This document shows positions 28,382 through 37,088 of a stretch of 64,000 nt of DNA, in pieces. Under the pieces are notes generated by a model, which searched no databases, was not told where the DNA came from, and saw nothing but the letters and a program-made list of their open reading frames with translations. This stretch comes from Planctomycetota bacterium. Lineage in GTDB: Bacteria > Planctomycetota > UBA1135 > UBA2386. The stretch is taken from assembly GCA_016872675.1 (NCBI GenBank), contig VGZG01000001.1, positions 77,182-141,181 of the forward strand, read 5' to 3'. The position numbers and the translations under genes were made by a program. Position 1 is the first letter of the stretch. Each line of letters starts with the position of its first letter.

Positions 28382-29641
28382 TCACTTGGTCAACGACGGC
28401 GTGCGCAGGCGAAAGCCGTGCGGGCCGGCGGGCAGCACGCCGAGCAGGCCGGCCGCCTCGCCGACGACCAGCGCGCCAAAACCATGGCGCGCGCGCACCG
28501 CGTCGACGGCGGCGAACAGCCGCTTGCGCGCCGCCTCGCCGTCGTCGCCAAACAACGTTCCCTGCGCCGGCTTAGGCAACGACAAGCTCGTCAGCGTCAC
28601 GCCGACGAGGCGCACCAGCACGCGCCGCAGCGCCAGTTCGTCGAGCAGCGCGGTGGCGACTTCGATGAATGCGTCGGTGCGGTCGGTGGCGGCGGCGAGC
28701 GTGCGCGAGCGCTCGCCGGCGACACCGTCGACGTGGCGTAGCCGCACCTGCACGACGCGCGCGAGCAAGCGCTGGCGGCGCAGCTCGCTCGCCGCGCGAT
28801 CGAGCAGGTACGCGAGCATCGACCGCAGGAACGGCAACTGCTGGCCGTCGGCGTGCGCGCCCGGATCGAACGACGTCTCGCGCGCAATGCTGCGCAGCGT
28901 CGGCGTCGATTGCACCGGCGCGTCGTCGAGGCCGCGGCAGCGCCGCCAGATGTCGTCGCCGGCGGCGCCGAAGCTGGCGCGCAGCAGTTCGCGGTCGACG
29001 TCCCACAGTTCGCGCACGGTGCGCACGCCGACCTGGTGCAGCAGCGCCGCGCGCACAGGCCCAACGCCAGGCACGGCCTCAACCGGGAAGTCGGCGAGGA
29101 AGTCCTGCTCGCCGCCAGCGGGCACTTCGCAGATGCCGCCCGGCTTGGCGCGCGTCGTCGCCATGCGCGCGACCGCGCGCGTGCGGCCGAGGCCCTGCGC
29201 CACCGACAGGCCGGTGGCCGCGCGCACGGCGGCGCGCAGCTCGCGGCACAACGGCGCCAGCGAGCGCTCGGCATCGACCGTCGCATCGCCGGCGAGCGCC
29301 TGCGCCACGCGCAGCGGCACGCCGGTGAGGTCGACGTAGAAGTCGTCGAGCGAGCAGACCTCCACCACCGGCGAGAACTGCCGCAGCGTCTCGGCGACGC
29401 GCTGGCGGTAACGCTCGACGAGGCGCGCGTCGCCGTCCCGGACGACGAGTTCGGGACAGCGACGCCGCGCTTCGTGCAGCGGCATCGCGGTGGCGACGCC
29501 GCAAGCCTTGGCCTCGTACGACCGGGAGGCGACGACGCCGGCGCCGACGGCGACCGGGCGGCCGAGCAGGCTCGGGTCGCGCAGTTGCTCGACCGAGGCG
29601 AGGAAGGCGTCGATGTCGATGTGCAGGATGCGGCGCTCCAT
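28382..29641 (-). CDS. dinB: DNA polymerase IV (Y-family)
   Basis: Start ATG 29641. MERRILHIDIDAFLASVEQLRDP, SLDDFYVDLTG, and little-finger region. Upstream part of ORF 28382..29923 discarded. Confidence 0.92.
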   Translation of the reverse strand: MERRILHIDIDAFLASVEQLRDPSLLGRPVAVGAGVVASRSYEAKACGVATAMPLHEARRRCPELVVRDGDARLVERYRQRVAETLRQFSPVVEVCSLDDFYVDLTGVPLRVAQALAGDATVDAERSLAPLCRELRAAVRAATGLSVAQGLGRTRAVARMATTRAKPGGICEVPAGGEQDFLADFPVEAVPGVGPVRAALLHQVGVRTVRELWDVDRELLRASFGAAGDDIWRRCRGLDDAPVQSTPTLRSIARETSFDPGAHADGQQLPFLRSMLAYLLDRAASELRRQRLLARVVQVRLRHVDGVAGERSRTLAAATDRTDAFIEVATALLDELALRRVLVRLVGVTLTSLSLPKPAQGTLFGDDGEAARKRLFAAVDAVRARHGFGALVVGEAAGLLGVLPAGPHGFRLRTPSLTK

Positions 29642-29780
29642 GACACCTAACGGATACCGAACCTTGACCGCGCTGCAAGCAGGTCGATGCCCAGGGCGCC
29701 GCGAGGCGGCGAAGACCAGCCGCCGTCCAGCGGGCATGGACCCCGCAGCGACGCATCGGGGTGTGCAGTCCTGCCCGCAG

Positions 29781-29806
29781 GCTTTGCACGATTTTTTGCA
29801 CAAAGC
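29781..29806. promoter_or_regulatory. Candidate operator in the dinB / MATE divergent control region
   Basis: GCTTTGCACGATTTTTTGCACAAAGC has outer inverted arms GCTTTG/CAAAGC and an internal direct repeat TTGCAC-N6-TTGCAC. It lies in the only AT-rich patch of a 302-bp intergenic region. Confidence 0.3.
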
Positions 29807-29943
29807 TGTCCACAACCGGGGCGTTATCTCCACAGATTTTCCCCGACGGAACCCGCTTCGGCACCGGCACGTTCGCGCATTCCACCGTCGCTTCCCACCG
29901 ACTTGCAACAACGGCGACGCCATCCAACAGTGCGCGCCCCCGT

Positions 29944-31362
29944 ATGGACATCAGCCCGCCCGCAGCCAGCCAGACGCCAAGCCGCTCGTTCGGTGACGAG
30001 GTGCGGCAGCTGCTGCGGCTCGGGTTGCCCATCGCCCTGGTCCAACTGGGCCTGACCGGCCTGAACTTCGTCGACCTGGCGATGCTCGGCCACTACGACG
30101 CGGCGGCGCTGCCGGCCATGGCGCTCGGCAATACGCTCGTCTGGATCGTTTCGATGTTCTGCATGGGCGCGCTGGCCGCCGCCGACCCGCTGCTGTCGCA
30201 GGCCGTCGGCGCTGGCGACCGCGCCGCCATCCCGCGCGTGTTCGGCCGCGCGCTGCTGCTCGCCGTCGCGCTGTCGCTGCCAGCCTCGCTGCTGTTGCTG
30301 CCGGCGGCGCAGTGGCTCGAGTTGGCGAATCAGCCGGCCGATCTCATCGCTCCTGCTGCCGACTACGCGCGCTGGCAGATGCTGTCGATCCTGCCGTTCT
30401 TGTGGTTCACCACTTGCCGCAGCGTGCTCTCAGCCCACGCGCGCCTGTTGCCGCAGGTCGCAACCATCGTCGGCGGCAACCTGCTCAACGCGCTGCTCGA
30501 CTGGATCCTCATCTTCGGCAAGTTCGGCGCGCCGACGATGGGCGCGCACGGCGCTGCGATCGCGACCGTGTTGAGCCGCTGGCTGATGTTGGGCGGCCTC
30601 ATCGCGCTCGGCTGGCGTGATCTCGCGCCGGCCCTGCTGCCGCTGCGCGAACGCGCCGTGCGCACGGCTGCGTTCGCGCAGGCGCCGCTGCTGCGCCTGC
30701 TGCGCCTGGGCACGCCGATCGGCGCGCAGTTCCTGCTCGAGATGGGCGTCTTCGCCGCCGTCGCGCTGCTGATCGGCGACATCGACCACCGCAGCCGCGA
30801 TGGCGCGGACGGCCCCCGCGTCGCCGGCCATCAGGTCGCGATGCAACTCGCGTCGCTGAGCTTCATGGTGCCGCTCGGGCTCGCGATGGCCGCGTCCGTG
30901 CGCGTCGGTTGGGCCGTCGGTCGCGGCGACGGCGCCGCGGCTGCGCGCGCCGCCCGCGCCGCGATCACGGTCGCCGCCGTCGTGATGACCGGCTTCATGC
31001 TGCTGTTCCTACTGGCGCCCAGGCTGCTGGCCAACGTGCTGACCAACCAGCCGCAACACCTCGCCTACGCGCTGACGCTGATCCCGATCGCCGGCATCTT
31101 CCAGATCGGTGACGGCGTGCAGGTGGTCGCCATCGGCTGCCTGCGCGGACTCGGTGACGTGCGCTCGCCGGTGTGGGCCAACATCGTCGGCTTCTGGCTG
31201 CTCGGCCTGCCGCTCGGCTGCCTGCTCGCCTTCGGGCTCGGCTGGGGTCCGGCAGGCCTCTGGTGTGGACTCGTCATTGGCCTGTTCATCGTGGCAACGG
31301 CGCTCCTAGCCGTGCTGCGACGACAGCTCGGCGAGCGCCGCAACCGGCTCGTGGTCGAGTGA
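29944..31362 (+). CDS. MATE family efflux transporter (NorM/DinF-type)
   Basis: Start ATG 29944. 12-TM protein with MATE blocks (LRLGLPIALVQLGLTGLNFVDLAMLGH, LLSQAVGAGD, GAHGAAIAT). Confidence 0.9.
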   Translation: MDISPPAASQTPSRSFGDEVRQLLRLGLPIALVQLGLTGLNFVDLAMLGHYDAAALPAMALGNTLVWIVSMFCMGALAAADPLLSQAVGAGDRAAIPRVFGRALLLAVALSLPASLLLLPAAQWLELANQPADLIAPAADYARWQMLSILPFLWFTTCRSVLSAHARLLPQVATIVGGNLLNALLDWILIFGKFGAPTMGAHGAAIATVLSRWLMLGGLIALGWRDLAPALLPLRERAVRTAAFAQAPLLRLLRLGTPIGAQFLLEMGVFAAVALLIGDIDHRSRDGADGPRVAGHQVAMQLASLSFMVPLGLAMAASVRVGWAVGRGDGAAAARAARAAITVAAVVMTGFMLLFLLAPRLLANVLTNQPQHLAYALTLIPIAGIFQIGDGVQVVAIGCLRGLGDVRSPVWANIVGFWLLGLPLGCLLAFGLGWGPAGLWCGLVIGLFIVATALLAVLRRQLGERRNRLVVE

Positions 31363-31403
31363 ACGGTCGACGCGCGAGCGGCGCGGCCCTACGCTGCCCG
31401 GCC

Positions 31404-32075
31404 ATGCGTCACCTCTGGCTCCTGACCCTGACCCTCGCCCTGTCGTCGTGCTCGGCGTGGTTCTTCTCGGGCGTGCCAAAGGTCGACCGCAGCCGGCCGG
31501 TCGCGCTCGTCGAGACCACGGGCGGCGTCGAGTTCGGCGCCGCCACCGAGTTCGGCGTGCTGACGCTCGGTCGGACCGCAGTCGAAGGCCCGTGCCGGGT
31601 GCGTTACTTCCTCGGTCCGACGCCAATCGTCGAGACCGGCACGCTCGCGGCGGTCGGCGGCGGCTTCGTGCGCGCCGAGATCGACCTCAAGACCCAGCAC
31701 GCGCGCGCCGTCGACCGGCCGCTGCTGCCCGACGACGAACTCGTGGCGATGTGGACGCCGGACGGCCGCAGCGAGCGCAGCGTCGCCGTCGAACTGGCGC
31801 TGACCGAGGGCGTGCGCGGCGACGCGCTCGTCGCCCCAGCCGAGCCGCTGCCGACCGGCGCCGCCGTGCTGCGCAAGGCCGAGGACGGCAACCTGCACTT
31901 CGTCGGCCTCGTCGCCGGCCGCGCGATCGTCGACGGCGGCCCAGCTGCGGGCACGTACTACGTGTTCGCCGGTTGCGACCGGCTGCGCGAGATGCTGGCC
32001 AAGCCGCACGCGCACCCGGTGGACGTCGTGCCGAAGTTCCGGCCGGACGACATTCGGGTGATGAAGCGCAACTGA
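31404..32075 (+). CDS. Hypothetical lipoprotein
   Basis: Start ATG 31404. MRHLWLLTLTLALSSCS lipobox. 223 aa with normal composition and no recognised domain. Confidence 0.55.
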   Translation: MRHLWLLTLTLALSSCSAWFFSGVPKVDRSRPVALVETTGGVEFGAATEFGVLTLGRTAVEGPCRVRYFLGPTPIVETGTLAAVGGGFVRAEIDLKTQHARAVDRPLLPDDELVAMWTPDGRSERSVAVELALTEGVRGDALVAPAEPLPTGAAVLRKAEDGNLHFVGLVAGRAIVDGGPAAGTYYVFAGCDRLREMLAKPHAHPVDVVPKFRPDDIRVMKRN

Positions 32076-32093
32076 CGTTCGCTCCTCGCGACG

Positions 32094-33446
32094 TCAGTCC
32101 TCGCGCTCGATGCCTGCGAGCGCGAGCACCTTGTCGACCAGTTTGTTGAGCACGAACACGACGAGCTGATCATGCGGCTGCAACTCGTCGCCACCGCGCG
32201 GGATCACCACCGTGCCGTCCTCGCGCGTGATCGCCGCGACGACGCAGCCGCGCGGGAAGCCGGCGTTCTTCAGCGTCTTGCCGACGAGCTTGCTGCCGGC
32301 GGGCAGCTCGAGCTCGAGCACTTCGGCCTTGCCCTCCTCGATCGAAGCGATCGACGAGATGCTACGGCTGCGCACGAACGCCAGCGTGCGATTGGCGCAC
32401 AACAGGCGCGGCGAGACGGCGACGTCGATGCCCAGCCGCTGGTACAGCGACACGTAGTCGGGCTTCTGCACCAACGCGATGGCGCGCCCGACGCCGAGCG
32501 ACTTCGCCAGCTGGCACGACATCAGGTTGCGCTCGTCCTCCGCTGTCACGCCGAGGAACGCGTCGACCTCGCCGACGTGCTCCTCCTGGAGGAAGTTGAG
32601 GTCGGTCGCGTCGGCGTGCAGCACGGTGCAGCCCTTGAGCGTCTCGCTGAGCCGCTCGGCCTCCTGCCGGTCCTCGACGACGACGCGCACGGCGACGTGG
32701 TCGCGGTGCAGCGCTTGCGCCACCTGCAGCGCGATGCCGGTGCCGCCGAAGATGAGGACGCTGCGGGTGGTTTCTTGCTTGTGGCCGATGTTCTTCGCCA
32801 ACGCCGCCAGCGCCTTGGGTTCGCCGAGCACGAACACCTCGTCGTCGACGCACAGCACATCGGCGCCACTCGGCACCAGCACCTCGTGCTCGCGGTCGAT
32901 GGCCGCGATGATCGTGCCGGCCGGCAGCTTGAGGTCCTTCAGCGAGTGGCCAGCGAGCGGGCCATCGGCGAGGGCGCGGAAGCGCCGCAGCTGCACGCGG
33001 CCCTCGGCGAAGTTGTCGACGCTGAGGCCCTTGGTCTGGCGCACGGTCTTCACCAACTCTTCGGCGGCGAGGTCGTCGAGCGACAGCAGCAGGTCGAACT
33101 GCAGGTTGCGCCGGAAGAACGTGCGCGAGCGGCGCACCGCCGACGTGTCGCGCAGGCGCAAGACCGTCTTCTTCGCCCCCATGCGCTTGCCGAACAGGCA
33201 GGTGAGCATGTTGGCCTTGTCGTCGTTCGACACCGCCAGCAGCAGGTCGGCAGCCGGTGCGTCGGCCTTGTCGAGCACGTCCGGGCGCGAACCGTCGCCG
33301 TGCACGGCCTGCACGTCGAGCAGATCGGCGACACGGCGGATCCGCTGCAGGTCCGGATCGATGATGGTGATGGTGTGGCCTTCGGTGGACAGCACCTTCG
33401 CGAGGTAGCTGCCGACTTCGCCCAGACCGACGATCAGGATGTTCAT
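32094..33446 (-). CDS. trkA: Trk system potassium uptake protein TrkA (two RCK N/C domain pairs)
   Basis: MNILIVGLGEVGSYLA and a second VLIFGGTGIALQVA NAD-binding fold. 450 aa, typical TrkA length. Confidence 0.93.
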   Translation of the reverse strand: MNILIVGLGEVGSYLAKVLSTEGHTITIIDPDLQRIRRVADLLDVQAVHGDGSRPDVLDKADAPAADLLLAVSNDDKANMLTCLFGKRMGAKKTVLRLRDTSAVRRSRTFFRRNLQFDLLLSLDDLAAEELVKTVRQTKGLSVDNFAEGRVQLRRFRALADGPLAGHSLKDLKLPAGTIIAAIDREHEVLVPSGADVLCVDDEVFVLGEPKALAALAKNIGHKQETTRSVLIFGGTGIALQVAQALHRDHVAVRVVVEDRQEAERLSETLKGCTVLHADATDLNFLQEEHVGEVDAFLGVTAEDERNLMSCQLAKSLGVGRAIALVQKPDYVSLYQRLGIDVAVSPRLLCANRTLAFVRSRSISSIASIEEGKAEVLELELPAGSKLVGKTLKNAGFPRGCVVAAITREDGTVVIPRGGDELQPHDQLVVFVLNKLVDKVLALAGIERED

Positions 33447-33482
33447 CGGGAAGGCGAGGACGATACTGTCCCGCCAGCCGGA

Positions 33483-34040
33483 TTGATCCTCCTGCTCGAC
33501 AACAAGGACTCGTTCGTGTGGAACCTCGCGCAGGCACTAGGCGCGCTCGGTGCCGCCGTTGAGGTCGTTCGCAGTGACCGGATCGCCGTCGCGGCGTTGG
33601 CGTCGGCGCGGGGACTCGTCGTCTCCCCCGGCCCCGGTCGCCCCGAGGACGCCGGCGCGTCGATCGCGGCGATCCGCCGCTGGTCCGGCGAACGGCCGAT
33701 CCTCGGCGTCTGCCTCGGCCACCAGGCGATCGGCGCGGCGTTCGGCGGCGCGGTCGTGCGCGGCGAACCGCGCCATGGCCGCACCAGCGCGATCGCGCAC
33801 GATGGCTGCGGCCTGTTCGCGGGCCTGCCGCAGCCGCTCGAGGTCTGCCGCTACCACTCGCTCTACGTCGCCGACCCGTTGCCCCCCGATCTGGTCGTCA
33901 CGGCGCGCGCCGCCGACGGCGCCGTGATGGCGTTGCGCCACCGCCAGCACCCGACCTTCGGCGTGCAGTTCCATCCCGAGTCGTTCCGCACGCCGCACGG
34001 TGCTTCGCTGCTGGCCAACTTCCTGCGCGAGGTCGCATGA
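33483..34040 (+). CDS. Anthranilate / aminodeoxychorismate synthase component II (class I glutamine amidotransferase)
   Basis: TTG start gives (M)ILLLDNKDSFVWNL. Triad blocks ILGVCLGHQ and FGVQFHPES. No in-frame ATG/GTG nearby. TrpG versus PabA cannot be decided from sequence alone. Confidence 0.82.
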   Translation: MILLLDNKDSFVWNLAQALGALGAAVEVVRSDRIAVAALASARGLVVSPGPGRPEDAGASIAAIRRWSGERPILGVCLGHQAIGAAFGGAVVRGEPRHGRTSAIAHDGCGLFAGLPQPLEVCRYHSLYVADPLPPDLVVTARAADGAVMALRHRQHPTFGVQFHPESFRTPHGASLLANFLREVA

Positions 34041-34933
34041 GCGCGCCCGCCATCCGCTGCGCCGGCCTCGGCAAGTCGTTCGGCGGCGCCGCCGTGCTGC
34101 GCGACCTCTCGCTGACCGTCGGCCATGGCGAACTGCTCGGCCTCGTCGGACCCAACGGCGCTGGCAAGTCGACGCTGCTGCGCCTGCTGCTCGGCCTGGT
34201 GTCGCGCGACGCCGGCGAACTGTCGGTGCTCGGCCTCGACCCGGCGCGCGACGCCGTGGCGATCGCGGCGCGCACCGGCTACCTGCCCGGCGAAACCGGC
34301 GTCTACCTGCAGATGACCGGCGCGCAGTTCCTCGCCTTCTGCCGCGGCTTCCATCCGCGCCGCGACGACGCCCGCGAACGCCGGCTGGCCGACGCCTTCG
34401 CGCTGCCGCTCGCCGGCAAGGTGCGCAGCTACAGCGCCGGCATGAAGCAGAAGCTGGCGCTGCTGGCGACGCTCGCGCCGGACCTCGACCTCTACCTTCT
34501 CGACGAGCCGGATCGCGCGCTCGACGCCAGCATGCGCATGACCCTGCGCGACGAACTGCGCGCGATGAAGGCCGCTGGCAAGACCATCGTGCTCAGCAGC
34601 CACCACCTGTTCGAGATCGAGTCGCTCGCCGACCGGCTGGTGTTCTTCTGGCAGGGCGCGCTGCTCGCCGCCGACGACGTCGCGGCGGCGCGGGCGCGCT
34701 TGCGCCGCCGGCCGCGGTTGCGGCTGCAGCCGGGCGCATCGCTGCCGGCGGGCGCGCGCGAACTGCGCCGCGAACCCGACGACACGCTGGTCGTCGAAAC
34801 CGACGGCGACCCGATGGCGTGGCTGCGCAGCGTGCCCGACGGCGTCGTCGAGGGCGCCGAGATCGGCGTGCCGCGGCTCGACGACCTCTACGACGCGCTG
34901 TTCGCCGACCTCGGCAAGGCGGGCAGCCGATGA
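34037..34933 (+). CDS. ABC transporter ATP-binding protein (ABC-2 exporter type)
   Basis: Walker A GPNGAGKST, signature YSAGMKQKL, Walker B LYLLDEP, H-loop SSHHL. ATGA overlaps on both sides. Confidence 0.9.
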   Translation: MSAPAIRCAGLGKSFGGAAVLRDLSLTVGHGELLGLVGPNGAGKSTLLRLLLGLVSRDAGELSVLGLDPARDAVAIAARTGYLPGETGVYLQMTGAQFLAFCRGFHPRRDDARERRLADAFALPLAGKVRSYSAGMKQKLALLATLAPDLDLYLLDEPDRALDASMRMTLRDELRAMKAAGKTIVLSSHHLFEIESLADRLVFFWQGALLAADDVAAARARLRRRPRLRLQPGASLPAGARELRREPDDTLVVETDGDPMAWLRSVPDGVVEGAEIGVPRLDDLYDALFADLGKAGSR

Positions 34934-35742
34934 TCGCCGGCAAGACGTGGCGCGAGGTGCGCTGGATGGCGCTCGCCTATCTGCTGATCCTCGAGGCGCT
35001 GTGCGCGCCGGTGCTGCTGCTGTGGCCGGACATCTACGAGGACCTGCAGCGCTCGACGCTGTTCAAGAACCTCGGCATCGACTTCGCCAAGCGCATCCTC
35101 CAGGGCGTCACCGACAAGGACGAGCAGATCGCCTACACCAACTGGGCGGCGGTGATGCTGTTGTTCCGCAGCACCAACCTCGTCTGCGTCGCTGCTGCGG
35201 TGCTGTTCGGCACGGGCCTGTTCGCGCGCGAGCGTGAGAATCAGACGTTCGAGTTCCTGCTCAGCCGACCGATCAGCCGCGGCGCGATCCTGTGGCAGAA
35301 GTCGTGGCCGACGGCGCTGTGCCTGCTGCTGCCGATCTTCCTGGTCAACTTGTCGGCGATGCACTGGAGCCGGCAGATCGATCTCGAGCTGCCGCTCGTC
35401 GAGCTGCTGCTCTGCTCGTTGCACGCCAGCATGTTCGTGCTGTGCTTCCTCGCCGGCACGACGTGGCTGTCGGTGCTGATGCGCACGCAGGCGCACGTCG
35501 CCGCCGGCATCGGTGCGTTCGCGATCCTGCAGATCGGCGTCTACCTGACGCAGCGGCTGCGGCCGTACAGCTTGTTCCGCCTCGCCGACTTCGAGTGGTA
35601 CGGACCGCTGCTGAACGGCAACGTCTCGGTGCGCCAGATGTTCGACCCGAGCGCTGGCCCCGGCTACACGACGTGGCTGCTGCTGGCGACGGCGGCGCTC
35701 TACACGCTCGCTTACCGCGCGCTGCGCCAGGCGACGCCGTGA
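34930..35742 (+). CDS. ABC-2 family transporter permease
   Basis: Start ATG 34930. 6 predicted TM helices and the ERENQTFEFLLSRPISR block typical of ABC-2 permeases. Coupled to the ATPase gene. Confidence 0.75.
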   Translation: MIAGKTWREVRWMALAYLLILEALCAPVLLLWPDIYEDLQRSTLFKNLGIDFAKRILQGVTDKDEQIAYTNWAAVMLLFRSTNLVCVAAAVLFGTGLFARERENQTFEFLLSRPISRGAILWQKSWPTALCLLLPIFLVNLSAMHWSRQIDLELPLVELLLCSLHASMFVLCFLAGTTWLSVLMRTQAHVAAGIGAFAILQIGVYLTQRLRPYSLFRLADFEWYGPLLNGNVSVRQMFDPSAGPGYTTWLLLATAALYTLAYRALRQATP

Positions 35743-37088
35743 TCCCGGTCGCGCTCGAGGTCGCGCTGACGCTGCTGCGCGAGTTGCTACGCGCACTGCT
35801 GACACCGCTGCGGCTGCTGCTGTACCTGCCGGCGCGCCGGCGCTGGCGACAGCTGGCGCGCGAGGCGCTGGCAAGCGCCCCGGCCACGCCGCCCGCCGAC
35901 CAGACGGCCGACCTGCAAGGTTTCTTCGCCGCACGGCGCCCGCCGCGCGGTGCCGTGCCGCACGTTTTCCTGTCCGCCGGCGAAGCCAGTGGCGAAGCGC
36001 ACGCTGCGCGGCTCTTGCGCGAACTGCCCGGCGTGCGGGCGACGGCCTTCGGCGGCGCGCAGTTGCAGCAGGCCGGCGCCGACGTGAAGGTCCATCTCAG
36101 CGAGCACGCGGTCATGGGCGTGCGCGGCGTGCTGGCGCAGCTGCCGCTGCTCCTGCGCACCTTCGCCGCCTACCTGCGCGTGCTGCGCGACGACCCGCCG
36201 GACCTCGTCGTGTTGGTCGACTATCCGGGCCTGCACGTGGTGATGGCCAAGGCCGCCACGCGTCGCGGCATCCCGGTGCTGCACTACGTCGCGCCGCAGT
36301 ACTGGGCCTGGGGCCCGTGGCGCATGCGCCGCTACCGCCGCGCCGTCGACGGCTCGCTGACGATCCTGCCGTTCGAGACGGCGTTCTTCCGCCGCTTCGA
36401 CGTGCCCGCCGCCTACATCGGCCACCCGCTGCTCGACGAACTCGCCGCGCATCCGCCGGAAGCCGCCGCCGTCGCCGCCGTGCGCGCCCGGCGCACGCTC
36501 GTGCTGCTGCCGGGCAGCCGTCGTTCCGAGATCGACGCCAACCTGCCGGGCCTGCTCAGCGTCGCCAAGGCCTTGTGCGCCGACGCGCCGGGCCTGCGCG
36601 TCGTGCTGCCGCACAAGAACCCGCGCCGCACCGCCCGCATCCGCGAACTGCTCGCCAGCCACGACGCCGGCTTCGTCGAACACCACGAAGGCGCGCTGGC
36701 GCCGTGGCTCGCCGGCGCGCATCTGGTGTTGGCCAAGAGCGGCACTGGCTCGCTCGAAGCCGTCCTGCACGGCAACCCGACGATCGTCGTCTACCAGCTG
36801 CGCGGGCCGCTGGCGACGCTCGGCTACCGCAACATCCTGAGCGTGCCGTACATCGCCGCCGCCAATCTGATCGCCGGCCGCGAAGTCGTGCCGGAGTTCT
36901 GCTTCCACCGACCCGAGGGCTGGGACGCGGTGCTCGCGGCGGCGCGGCGACTTTGGCACGACGAGGGCGCGCGTGCATCCTGGCGGCTGGGCCTCGACGA
37001 AGTCCGGGCACGCCTTGGTGCGCCCGGCGCCACCGCCCGCGTTGCCGCGATCGTGCGCGCCTTCCTCGCCGCCCCCGCCCGCCGATGA
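35739..37088 (+). CDS. lpxB: Lipid-A-disaccharide synthase, with about 70-aa N-terminal hydrophobic/basic extension
   Basis: LpxB blocks: VFLSAGEASGE, VDYPGLHV, YVAPQYWAWGPWR, LLPGSRRSEI, KSGTGSLE. GTGA overlap start at 35739. An internal GTG near 35953 would give a canonical-length protein. Confidence 0.85.
   Translation: MIPVALEVALTLLRELLRALLTPLRLLLYLPARRRWRQLAREALASAPATPPADQTADLQGFFAARRPPRGAVPHVFLSAGEASGEAHAARLLRELPGVRATAFGGAQLQQAGADVKVHLSEHAVMGVRGVLAQLPLLLRTFAAYLRVLRDDPPDLVVLVDYPGLHVVMAKAATRRGIPVLHYVAPQYWAWGPWRMRRYRRAVDGSLTILPFETAFFRRFDVPAAYIGHPLLDELAAHPPEAAAVAAVRARRTLVLLPGSRRSEIDANLPGLLSVAKALCADAPGLRVVLPHKNPRRTARIRELLASHDAGFVEHHEGALAPWLAGAHLVLAKSGTGSLEAVLHGNPTIVVYQLRGPLATLGYRNILSVPYIAAANLIAGREVVPEFCFHRPEGWDAVLAAARRLWHDEGARASWRLGLDEVRARLGAPGATARVAAIVRAFLAAPARR

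Noticed and set aside
29784-29801. Possible sigma-54 promoter (TTGCACG-N5-TTGCA resembles TGGCACG-N4-TTGCA)
   Set aside because: The invariant -24 GG is TG, and the spacing is one nucleotide too long. Sigma-54 promoters tolerate neither change. It is kept only as a repeat/operator candidate.
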